64,000 bases of DNA, taken from Bacteroidales bacterium (lineage in GTDB: Bacteria > Bacteroidota > Bacteroidia > Bacteroidales > JAUNSR01). Below are positions 1 through 8,402 of this stretch, in pieces. The DNA lies in assembly GCA_030539115.1 (NCBI GenBank), contig JAUNSR010000007.1:14929-78928 (forward strand), in the 5' to 3' direction. Under the pieces are notes generated by a model. That model saw nothing but the letters and a program-made list of their open reading frames with translations, was not told the origin of the DNA and searched no databases. Positions within the stretch are counted from its first letter, which is position 1. The number at the start of each line of letters is the position of its first letter. The position numbers were made by a program, and so were the translations under genes.

Positions 1-1287
1 TATTAATAAAGAGCCTCCGACACCGGCACAATAAGTAAGAAAATGCCAATATATCCCATCGGGAACAAAATAAGCCATAAACGTAGGATCCGATATAGTT
101 GAAAGTGTTGAAGAATCAACCAAAGGATATAGACCTAATGCTGCAGCAACTAAAGGGACATTATCTACTATCGCAGAAAGAAAACCAATGACAATATTAA
201 TTGTATATATGTTGTTGAATTTAGTTTCAAGAAATTTAGATAATGCTAGTAAACCTCCGGCTTCTTGAATAGCGGCTACAGCCAATAATATTCCCATAAA
301 GAATAAAAGAGTCGGTAAATCAATTCTTTTTATCAATGACGCTGCTCTTAGATGGAATGGTATGTTATCCGGAATGCGTCTGTACATCAAATCTGTAATA
401 ATCCAAAGTGTTCCTAAAACAAGCATTATTGCAACAAAGGGTGGAAGATTGGTGAAATTCTTAAATATTGGAACCATTAAAAGACCGCTTATTCCCATAA
501 CAAGTACAGTGATTTTTCTTCTTTGATCAATTATTTCATCATGACGCATTTTATGTTTATGCTCATCTGTCATAACAGGAATCTCTCCATGCAGAGACCT
601 TGAAACCATTAAAAGAGGAATAATAACAGATACAAGACTTGGAATAAATACATATTCCATAAGTTTAATCGGAGTAACAGTGCCTTTGACCCAGAGTAGA
701 ATTGTAGTTACATCTCCAATGGGAGACCAGGCGCCTCCGCTGTTGGAGGCAATTATAACAACGCTTGCAAAGAGCCATCTTTCATTTTTATCTGCAATTA
801 TCTTGTTTAAAAGAGTTACCATTACGATTGCTGTTGTCAAATTGTCTATTATGGCAGAAAGAAAAAATGAAATTATAACGAGAATCCAAAGTAGTTTTTT
901 CCTGTTTCTTGTAGTAATTCTATCAGTAATCAGAGAAAAGCCACAATGCATATCAATAAGTTCAACTACAGCCATTGCACCAAGTAGGAAAAAAACTATT
1001 TCTGCAACATCTCCAACATGTTCTATAAGTTGATAATTTTCAACAAAACTTACTGTTTGTTCTTTTAAAGACAACTCCCTTAGAACATCATTTTCAGAAA
1101 GATAAAATTTAAAAGCCTCCTCATGATGTTGCGGTACTATTCCGGGAGAAATAAAAATGTATATCGTCCAAAGCAGCATTCCAGTTACAAGAGCTGTGGC
1201 TGCTTTGTTTATCTTTATTTTGTGCTCTAAAGAAATTAGTATGTAAGCAGCAATAAAAAGAATACTCATTAAAATTACCATAAACAT
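1..1287 (-). CDS. nhaD: NhaD-type Na+/H+ antiporter (ArsB/NhaD permease superfamily); C-terminus runs off the left edge of the window
   Basis: Absent from the ORF track because no stop codon lies in the window. My reverse-strand translation from the ATG at 1287..1285 reads MFMVILMSILFIAAYILISLEHKIKINKAATALVTGMLLWTI... and stays open to position 1. It is a multi-pass membrane protein with ..ASNSGGAWSPIGDVTT.. The + ORF 680..1033 is its antisense shadow. Confidence 0.65.
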   Translation of the reverse strand, partial: MFMVILMSILFIAAYILISLEHKIKINKAATALVTGMLLWTIYIFISPGIVPQHHEEAFKFYLSENDVLRELSLKEQTVSFVENYQLIEHVGDVAEIVFFLLGAMAVVELIDMHCGFSLITDRITTRNRKKLLWILVIISFFLSAIIDNLTTAIVMVTLLNKIIADKNERWLFASVVIIASNSGGAWSPIGDVTTILLWVKGTVTPIKLMEYVFIPSLVSVIIPLLMVSRSLHGEIPVMTDEHKHKMRHDEIIDQRRKITVLVMGISGLLMVPIFKNFTNLPPFVAIMLVLGTLWIITDLMYRRIPDNIPFHLRAASLIKRIDLPTLLFFMGILLAVAAIQEAGGLLALSKFLETKFNNIYTINIVIGFLSAIVDNVPLVAAALGLYPLVDSSTLSTISDPTFMAYFVPDGIYWHFLTYCAGVGGSLLI

Positions 1288-1408
1288 CCAATTAAAAAGC
1301 CACCAGTGTCCAACCGGATATTTGACACTTGGTGGCTTGGTGTATTTCAATCTCCCCGGTAAATAAAACAAACTTGCTCAAATCGCAATTAATTCTTTAT
1401 TGCTTACG

Positions 1409-1699
1409 CTATGGGATTATATCCTCAGTAGCCTCAGGTGAATTTTGTTGATAAGAGCGCTCATTACATCCTTTTATGCCCCAAAATAGAGCGACAATTA
1501 ATACAACAATAATTGTAGTTATTAGAACGTAATTAGGCTTATTTTTCTTTACCCCACCTAATGGTGGCTCATCTGTTTCTACAACATCTCCAATGATTAC
1601 ATAATTCTCTTCGCTTATTTGCTGGTCAGGATAATGTTTATCAGCTGGAAGTTTATCTTTATCATTTTTTTCATTTTTAATATTCTTAAATTCTTTCAT
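1409..1699 (-). CDS. hypothetical small membrane-anchored protein
   Basis: 96-aa ORF with a charged N-terminus followed by one hydrophobic helix (YVLITTIIVVLIVALFWGI). No family recognised. Confidence 0.4.
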   Translation of the reverse strand: MKEFKNIKNEKNDKDKLPADKHYPDQQISEENYVIIGDVVETDEPPLGGVKKNKPNYVLITTIIVVLIVALFWGIKGCNERSYQQNSPEATEDIIP

Positions 1700-1856
1700 A
1701 ATATTATAATGATAATGAGATGTAAATCGAAATAATCATATCTAATTTATAAACAATGGAAAATTGATAAGGTTTACAAAATAAATATTCAGATTCTTTT
1801 TTATTTAAATGATTTAATTCTCGGAGGCGGATGTCAGCAGCTATATTTGAATAATT

Positions 1857-2561
1857 TTATTTATGGTCATGATTGTTAATTGATTTTTGGAACTTATTTG
1901 TTATATAGGCAGTTAAAATAGGGAACATGCTCATTCCCAATATTGCCAAGACAACAGCAAGTATTCTTCCTTCTGGCGTTGTTGGTTCTATACTGCAGCC
2001 AACAGTTGTAACATCCATACATGCCCACCATATTGAATCAGAAAAATCTTTTATTCCTGGATTAGTCGCTTTTTCTAAAGTATAGAAAGCTAAACTGCCA
2101 AAATATGTACATCCAAGAAGAATTGCAATATATGAATAGAGAAGATTTGATATCTTGCTTTGATTAAACCATGTTATCATTATAACTAATCCATAACCTC
2201 CTCTGATTAATACTATTGCTTTTAATAGAATTTGATAAAATGGATCAACAGGTATATTAACCCAATGAGTGATATTAATGTATGGAATAGAGACTATAAG
2301 GAATAGGAAATTTCTTAGTAAATATTTTTTTCTATTATTACTAATTATAAAAAGATATATAAAGTCTAAAAGAAATATTATGCATATTATCAGTTGAATC
2401 CTTAAATACCAGTTGTTTGGGATGTAACTTGATCCCTCTAAAACTTCAATTGACAAGACTAAAAATATAACAAGGCTGCAAATTAAAACTATTATATTAA
2501 ACCACCTTGCAATTCTTATGGTCCAATCAGGATATTTATTATTTATATTGGTTTTATTCAT
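1857..2561 (-). CDS. ion-transport (K+ channel-like) membrane protein with a non-canonical pore filter
   Basis: 234 aa with about 6 hydrophobic segments. The pore-helix and filter region WWACMDVTTVGCSIEP aligns to the KcsA-type WW..TTVGYGD. Confidence 0.6.
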   Translation of the reverse strand: MNKTNINNKYPDWTIRIARWFNIIVLICSLVIFLVLSIEVLEGSSYIPNNWYLRIQLIICIIFLLDFIYLFIISNNRKKYLLRNFLFLIVSIPYINITHWVNIPVDPFYQILLKAIVLIRGGYGLVIMITWFNQSKISNLLYSYIAILLGCTYFGSLAFYTLEKATNPGIKDFSDSIWWACMDVTTVGCSIEPTTPEGRILAVVLAILGMSMFPILTAYITNKFQKSINNHDHK

Positions 2562-3405
2562 AAAGATAACATTCTATATTAAGTTTAAGATTAAAGTCAA
2601 TCTTTAGAAATTATGTTGCCTAATAAATTAATTAAGCGACAAAATTCATTTAATTTGAGATATCAAAGAGGATAAATCATGACGCATTTTTATCTTAGTG
2701 TTAAAGATTTAATTATATGGAGATAAATTTATATCGATATAATAAATATAAATTCCCTATTTTCTTAAATAAATACTTATAAGATTAATTTGTAACACTT
2801 GATTTTAATCAATGTTTTTTTTATATGATTTGAGAACCTTTGATAATAACTTTTTTGTTTTATTAATAATGAAATTGAAAAATAGAATTAATTGTAAAAT
2901 AATATAAATAATTGATAATTAGTAAATAACAGTGTGCGATTTAAAGTGGTTTTTATAATTTCTACAACTTCGTTTAGGTTATAATTGCTTTCTTTTTATA
3001 TTGCGAATGAGATGTATGGCATATTACAATAGAGGCATTCAATCATATCGGGCTCATTTTTAAGTTTATTAATTTGTTTTATTAATATGACATCATATGT
3101 ATCTATTAAATAAACGTTATTATAGATATTATCATTATATTTCTTGTTAGTAAAGGACAAACATGAATATAGGCAACACTACCGACAATCGGATGATATG
3201 AAGAGATTATTCGTTTGCAGTGATGGGAAGATATTGGTCACCTATTGCAAAATGAATCGTAGAATCAGACGATATTGAAAGTATAAGTGAACTGAATTAA
3301 ACATACGAGCTAGCCAAGAAGCAATAAAAAATTTTAATTGCGTTTTAGTGAATTCAAATAAAAGCATTTGAGCTTCTGAGCAAAATCGCAACGTGATATA
3401 GCATG

Positions 3406-3413
3406 TATCTTTG
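3406..3413 (+). promoter_or_regulatory. candidate Bacteroidota -7 box (TATCTTTG)
   Basis: Exact TAnnTTTG match 27 nt upstream of the ATG at 3440. A TTTG lies at 3367-3370, but its spacing is longer than typical for a -33 element. Confidence 0.4.
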
Positions 3414-3439
3414 CAAGCGAAATAATACTAATCAAGAAT

Positions 3440-4303
3440 ATGCAAACAATTAAACTAAACAATGGAATTGAAATACCCCAGCTTGGCTATGGCGTTTTTC
3501 AGGTATCACCCGAAGAGTGTGAACGTTGTGTATCGGATGCCATCAGTGTTGGCTATCGTTTAATCGACACCGCTCAGGCTTATTATAATGAAGAAGGAGT
3601 TGGTAATGCGATAAACAAATGTGGTGTGAATCGTGATGAACTATTTCTTACCACTAAAGTCTGGATTTCTAATGCCGGAGAAGAGAAAACCGCTTTTAGT
3701 ATTGAAGACAGCCTCCGAAAATTGAAGACAGATTATATAGACCTTTTGCTTATTCATCAGCCATTTAGTGATTACACTGGCACATGGAGAGCCATGGAAA
3801 AAGCCGTAGCTGCCGGTAAAGTGCGAGCTATCGGTCTGAGTAATTTCTATCCTGACCGTTTCGTGGATATGGCTGAGTATGCTTCCATAAAACCAGCAGT
3901 CAATCAGTTGAAGACAAATGTGTTTTCTCAACAATGGGATTCAGAAGCAGAGATGAACGCTTATGACACTAAAATTATGGCATGGGCCCCTTTGACACAA
4001 AGCGATCCTGAACTAATGACGAATAAAGTCATAACTACTTTGTCAGACAAGTACGGAAAGACACCGCAACAAATCGCTTTGCGTTATTTACTTCAGCGTG
4101 GTATCATTGCTATTCCTAAGTCTGTTCATATCGAACGTATGCGTCAAAATCTTGAAGTGTTTGATTTTACTATGACAGATGAAGAGATGGAAAGTTTTCG
4201 TTGTCTTGATAAACCTGCCGATTTTCAATGGTCACATCGCAATCCAAACCTTGTGAAATTCCTTCTGAATTATGATAAGCAATTCAATCCATCAAATAAA
4301 TAA
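3440..4303 (+). CDS. aldo/keto reductase (2,5-diketo-D-gluconate reductase-like)
   Basis: 287 aa. N-terminus has the LNNGIEIPQLGYGVFQ motif, followed by IDTAQAY, LTTKVW and LLLIHQP (the AKR D-Y-K-H tetrad context). Confidence 0.85.
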   Translation: MQTIKLNNGIEIPQLGYGVFQVSPEECERCVSDAISVGYRLIDTAQAYYNEEGVGNAINKCGVNRDELFLTTKVWISNAGEEKTAFSIEDSLRKLKTDYIDLLLIHQPFSDYTGTWRAMEKAVAAGKVRAIGLSNFYPDRFVDMAEYASIKPAVNQLKTNVFSQQWDSEAEMNAYDTKIMAWAPLTQSDPELMTNKVITTLSDKYGKTPQQIALRYLLQRGIIAIPKSVHIERMRQNLEVFDFTMTDEEMESFRCLDKPADFQWSHRNPNLVKFLLNYDKQFNPSNK

Positions 4304-4311
4304 GCAAAACG

Positions 4312-4842
4312 ATGAAGATTGTTGTTCTTACAGGAAGCTCACGAAAAAAAGGTAATTCCAATTATTTGGCCGAGCAGTTTATCAAAGGTGCAAAGGATTC
4401 CGGTCATGAAGTATTCGCTTTCGATTGTGCTAAACAGAAATTTTCTCCTTGTTTGGCTTGTGATCATTGTGGTATAAATGGTGACTGTGCCATTAAAGAT
4501 GATTTTACGCTCATTCTTCGACCTCAGATAGAGCAGGCAAATATGGTTGTTTTTGCATCGCCAATCTATTATTTTGGATTATCTGCTCAATTGAAAATGG
4601 CTATCGACCGCTTTTATGCCCTTAACAGTAAAATGTACAGTAAGAAGAGTGCCCTCCTTGTAGCTATGGCTGATACTGCGGATGCTACAGGAAGTTATGC
4701 TGTGGACTATTACAAAGCTCTTGTTGGATATTTGAAATGGAAAGATGAAGGGATTATCGTTGCAAAAGGATTATGGAATGCCGGCGCTGTTGTCGGTACT
4801 TCCTATGCTGAGAAATCGTATTCTTTGGGTCGTAATATTTAG
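4312..4842 (+). CDS. NADPH-dependent FMN reductase / iron-sulfur flavoprotein-like flavodoxin-fold protein
   Basis: MKIVVLTGSSRKKGNSNYLA start and the CLACDHCGINGDC cysteine cluster, typical of Isf-like flavoproteins. Confidence 0.7.
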   Translation: MKIVVLTGSSRKKGNSNYLAEQFIKGAKDSGHEVFAFDCAKQKFSPCLACDHCGINGDCAIKDDFTLILRPQIEQANMVVFASPIYYFGLSAQLKMAIDRFYALNSKMYSKKSALLVAMADTADATGSYAVDYYKALVGYLKWKDEGIIVAKGLWNAGAVVGTSYAEKSYSLGRNI

Positions 4843-4854
4843 ATAGTAAAAATT

Positions 4855-5052
4855 ATGCCAGTCATTAAATTGGAACTTATAAAAATGAGTAAGGAAACAA
4901 AATCTAAACTCGTTAAGGAAGTAACAGATGTTGTTGCTCGCAATACGGGATTGCCGATACAATCTTTTTATGTTTTTATCACAGAGAATGAATCTGATAA
5001 CGTAGGAATAGGAGGCACATTGCTTTCCGACATCCATATAAATAGCAAGTAA
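4855..5052 (+). CDS. 4-oxalocrotonate tautomerase family protein
   Basis: 65 aa starting MPVIKLEL (catalytic Pro1 after Met removal). Size and pattern fit the tautomerase family. Confidence 0.7.
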   Translation: MPVIKLELIKMSKETKSKLVKEVTDVVARNTGLPIQSFYVFITENESDNVGIGGTLLSDIHINSK

Positions 5053-5055
5053 ACT

Positions 5056-5805
5056 ATGTACAAGTCATTAAACAACAAAACAGCACTTGTGACTGGTGCA
5101 GGAACAGGTATTGGACGTGCCATTGCCCATCGCTTAGTTGATGAAGGAGTTCGTGTTATCATTGTGGGTCGTACAGAAGATACGCTGAAAGAGACGGCTG
5201 GCTATAGTGCAAGAATAAGTTATATCGTAGCCGATCTTGAAACAGAAGAGGGTATCCGCTCCGTTTTTTGTACAGTTAACAACGACAATGAACAACTGGA
5301 TATTCTCGTCAATAATGCAGGTTGGGCTCCTGTTTCTTCATTATCATCGATGAAAATAGAGGAATTTGATAAGGTTTTTTCTATTAATGTACGTTCATTG
5401 GTGCTGTTGACTCAATCAGCCTTACCTTTTCTCAAGAAAAGTAAAGGTTCTATTGTGAATGTCACGACAACCATGACAACCAATCCCATCGCAACAATGG
5501 CGAATTATGCGGCATCCAAATCGGCTGTTTATACTTTGACACGTGCTTGGGCGAAAGAATTGGCAAAAGATGGTGTTCGTGTAAATTCTCTTGGTGTAGG
5601 ACCGATTGAAACGCCTATATACATGAAAACAGCATTGAGCGAGGAAGCTGCTAAAGCACATAAAGAGATTGTAATCAAGTCTGTTCCATTAGGAAGAATT
5701 GGACGACCGAAAGAAGTTGCTGCTGTTGTTGCATTCCTCGCGAGTGATGAAGCAAGCTTTGTTACCGGAGCTGACTATAAGGTTGATGGTGGTGTTGGAG
5801 CATAA
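5056..5805 (+). CDS. SDR-family oxidoreductase
   Basis: TGAGTGIGRA cofactor motif, NNAG, and the YAASK catalytic motif. Confidence 0.85.
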   Translation: MYKSLNNKTALVTGAGTGIGRAIAHRLVDEGVRVIIVGRTEDTLKETAGYSARISYIVADLETEEGIRSVFCTVNNDNEQLDILVNNAGWAPVSSLSSMKIEEFDKVFSINVRSLVLLTQSALPFLKKSKGSIVNVTTTMTTNPIATMANYAASKSAVYTLTRAWAKELAKDGVRVNSLGVGPIETPIYMKTALSEEAAKAHKEIVIKSVPLGRIGRPKEVAAVVAFLASDEASFVTGADYKVDGGVGA

Positions 5806-5819
5806 AATACAGGAAAAAG

Positions 5820-6377
5820 ATGAAAAATATATTGGTGATAAGTGGTCATACGGATTTATCCGCATCCGTAGCCAACAAAACAATTCTTAAAACCATCGAA
5901 CGGAATATGCCAACTGCAGAAATCGTTCGACTGGATAGTTTATATCCCGACTTCAAGATTGATGTAGAAACAGAACAAACTCGTTTGCTAAAAGCTGCTA
6001 TTGTTGTGCTGGAGTTTCCTATCTTCTGGTATTCTGCTCCTTCCTTGTTGCAACGATGGATGGAAGAAACCTTCAAGCATGGGTTTTCGCATGGCTCTAC
6101 CGGTGATAAGTTGAAAGGCAAGAAATTGGTACTTTCATTTACTACAGGTGCTCCTGCTTCCATGTATCAAAAAAATGGTGCGATGGGCTATTCAATTGAT
6201 GAGTTCATTCCCTGTTTTATAGCTACATGTAACCTTTGTGGAATGGAGTATGCCGGTTATATTTACACTGGAGGTGTTAGCTATGGCAACCGTACCACTC
6301 CGGAATTGATAGAGAATCAAAAGAAGTTATCAGTAGAACATGCTGAAAGACTTATAAAATTGCTTGAAACACTGTAA
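5820..6377 (+). CDS. NAD(P)H dehydrogenase (quinone)/flavodoxin-like fold protein (KefF/GS14-like)
   Basis: MKNILVISGH start and FPIFWYSAPSLLQRWMEE, characteristic of Flavodoxin_2 proteins. Confidence 0.7.
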   Translation: MKNILVISGHTDLSASVANKTILKTIERNMPTAEIVRLDSLYPDFKIDVETEQTRLLKAAIVVLEFPIFWYSAPSLLQRWMEETFKHGFSHGSTGDKLKGKKLVLSFTTGAPASMYQKNGAMGYSIDEFIPCFIATCNLCGMEYAGYIYTGGVSYGNRTTPELIENQKKLSVEHAERLIKLLETL

Positions 6378-7213
6378 TGCTTGAAGACAGACTACACAAT
6401 CTGGATAACAGAATCGTATTCAGTTGCTTTCTGAATGATGATTGGTTAAATGAATTTCGTATGCCGCATCATGTGCTCTTGTTTATTTACGAGGGTATCA
6501 TGCATGTGGAATTCGGTACTACAGCAATGGATGTCAAACCGGGACAATTTGTTTTTTTACGCAGAGACCATAAGGTGTTACTTCACAAAACGTCTTATAA
6601 TGGCAAAGCATGGAAATCGATCAACATCCTGCTCAAGAATGACACTTTGCGTAAATACGTTAGGGAACATAAAGAGGAAATTTGCAGAATACGAGAGAAA
6701 CGACGAATAGAAGAGTCCGCTTTCATTATACCGCATACGTCAGAGACTGAATCAATCTATAGGAATCTTGTCCCTTATTTGGATAAAACCTTGTCTGCCC
6801 CTGAAGGGTTTTCTGAAGATATTGTAAACCGGGCAATATCTGCACTTGTAGGAATGGATAATAGGTTTTGTCCTACTCTGTTCGATTTTGTGGATACATG
6901 GAAAATCAATCTTGCAGACTTCATGGAGCAGAATTTCACAAACGATATGACATTGAAAGAATTTGCACTTTATACGGGCCGTAGTCTTGCTACGTTTAAA
7001 CGTGATTTTGCGAAATTTAGCAATATGTCTCCTGAACAATGGCTTACAACCCGTCGATTAGATAAGGCTTACGACTTATTGAAACAAGGAGTGGGCAATA
7101 TAAGTGAAATATGTTGGAGTGTCGGATTTCATAATCGTTCCCATTTTACGATTGCATTTAAAAGACAATTTGGAGTTGTTCCCAGTGAAGTAAAGTTATC
7201 GAATTTTGATTGA
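6377..7213 (+). CDS. AraC-family transcriptional regulator
   Basis: C-terminal HTH_18 signature (..SEICWSVGFHNRSHFTIAFKRQFGVVPSE). Its start overlaps the upstream stop (TAATG). Confidence 0.85.
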   Translation: MLEDRLHNLDNRIVFSCFLNDDWLNEFRMPHHVLLFIYEGIMHVEFGTTAMDVKPGQFVFLRRDHKVLLHKTSYNGKAWKSINILLKNDTLRKYVREHKEEICRIREKRRIEESAFIIPHTSETESIYRNLVPYLDKTLSAPEGFSEDIVNRAISALVGMDNRFCPTLFDFVDTWKINLADFMEQNFTNDMTLKEFALYTGRSLATFKRDFAKFSNMSPEQWLTTRRLDKAYDLLKQGVGNISEICWSVGFHNRSHFTIAFKRQFGVVPSEVKLSNFD

Positions 7214-7237
7214 TTTAATATATCATTATTAAATTCC

Positions 7238-7285
7238 ATACAAACGGAACAACTTTGTATAAGACAAAGTCGTTCCTGTTTGTAT
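7238..7285 (+). terminator. long hairpin downstream of the AraC gene
   Basis: ATACAAACGGAAC..GTTCCTGTTTGTAT outer stem with an inner ACTTTG/CAAAGT stem. It lies 25 nt after the stop. Confidence 0.55.
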
Positions 7286-7667
7286 ATTGATTAGCGATTA
7301 TTGGAATAGGATTATTTTCTAATTTCCTTTTTATCTTTAGAAATAATAATCCCATTAGAATTGGATTTTGCTATTTCTCTGTTTAAGATATATGTGTTAG
7401 CTCCACTTTCAAAATGTTTTTCTTCACTGAGTAAATTTCAATTGTGGAAGTTTCATGATATAAGCAGATGCTCAAACCAATACTCTCATCGGTCACGAAT
7501 TATTTGATAGCGTAGCAAATCGTTGCAACATGTAGAAATCAAGACTGTCGTCAAATCATTAGCAAATTTTCAAGGCAAATTCATAAGTCGCTTATTTTTT
7601 TAATAATTCGTTCAATAGGTAAAATAAAAAATGAGTTATATAAAGCTATGTAACTCAAAACTATTAG

Positions 7668-7751
7668 TACGAAGGAGGAGATTCGAACTCCCACACCGCA
7701 ACCGGCACTACCCCCTCAAAGTAGCATGTCTACCTATTCCATCACCTTCGC
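7668..7751 (-). tRNA. tRNA-Leu (anticodon GAG), class II with long variable arm
   Basis: Reverse complement is GCGAAGGTGATGGAATAGGTAGACATGCTACTTTGAGGGGGTAGTGCCGGTTGCGGTGTGGGAGTTCGAATCTCCTCCTTCGTA. Anticodon stem is CTACT/GGTAG and the loop is TTGAGGG. Predicted G1-U72 wobble. No encoded CCA. Confidence 0.85.
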
Positions 7752-7765
7752 AAATTAAATAAAAG

Positions 7766-7849
7766 TACCCAAAACAGGGCTCGAACCTGCACATCCTTTC
7801 GGACACTAGTACCTGAAACTAGCGCGTCTACCTATTTCGCCACTTGGGC
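7766..7849 (-). tRNA. tRNA-Leu (anticodon CAG), class II
   Basis: Reverse complement is GCCCAAGTGGCGAAATAGGTAGACGCGCTAGTTTCAGGTACTAGTGTCCGAAAGGATGTGCAGGTTCGAGCCCTGTTTTGGGTA. Anticodon stem is CTAGT/ACTAG and the loop is TTCAGGT. It also has G-U pairs in the acceptor stem. Confidence 0.85.
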
Positions 7850-7851
7850 TT

Positions 7852-7895
7852 ATTCCAATATTTCCAATATTTCCAATAAAAATGTCTCCAATATA
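7852..7895. repeat. 9-bp tandem repeat TTCCAATA(T) x3 plus one degenerate copy, upstream of the tRNA pair
   Basis: TTCCAATA at 7853, 7862 and 7871 (9-bp period), with CTCCAATA at 7887. Confidence 0.6.
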
Positions 7896-8306
7896 TAATT
7901 AATTGAAAGACCATTATTTAACAAAGGGAATAGGTAAGTGATTTATAAAAGTCATACAAAAACTCTTTTTGCAGGCTTTCAAAATGATATATCTATCGAT
8001 TTGTTTTACAAATATAAATCAAGTTTTACTATAAAAGCAAGAATATTCTTCTTTTTATAGACAATACTTATGAGATAAATACCTGAAGTATTTAAAAGTT
8101 AAATGCGAATAGGCTTATTTAAATAAAAATTTTTAGTATATATTTTATTTTAATTGTACCATAAATTTATGCATTTTCTCAAATGCAGATTATTATCTCT
8201 TTTTTTGTTATTTATTGTGGTTGGTTTATAAAGAAATAGTCAATTTCCAACCTATTTCCAAGCCATTTGTTAAGTTAATATAAGCTGAATGATAAATTAT
8301 AAACAA

Positions 8307-8402
8307 ATAAAACCGTCATAGCTTATCCAATAACATATGCCATATAAAAGGTATTTAAATGGCGCATTTGCATCTCGGTGTTAAAAATAGATTATATAGA
8401 TG
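8307..8402 (+). repeat. AFSR repeat copy A (diverged); its 3' ATG is the start codon of the phosphatase gene
   Basis: ATAAAACCGTCATAG...AAAAGGTATTTAAATGGCGCATTTGCATCTCGGTGTTAAAAATAGATTATATAG-ATG aligns to the family consensus. Confidence 0.7.

Noticed and set aside
680-1033. 117-aa + strand ORF from the track
   Set aside because: It lies entirely antisense to the continuous NhaD-type antiporter reading frame (1..1287, minus). It has no start context or family resemblance, so it is an antisense shadow ORF.
2562-3439. Integrase, att site or gene remnant that would define the oxidoreductase cluster as a tRNA-linked genomic island
   Set aside because: Reading both strands, I found no ORF, recombinase fragment or repeat of a tRNA-Leu 3' end. 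The island hypothesis is kept only as a low-interest finding.
7300-7560. Possible decayed gene between the AraC terminator and the tRNA genes
   Set aside because: Only a stop-bounded minus-strand open stretch of about 37 codons, with no ATG (..HFESGANTYILNREIAKSNSNGIIISKDKKEIRK), is found. There is no recognisable family, so it is not reportable as a pseudogene.
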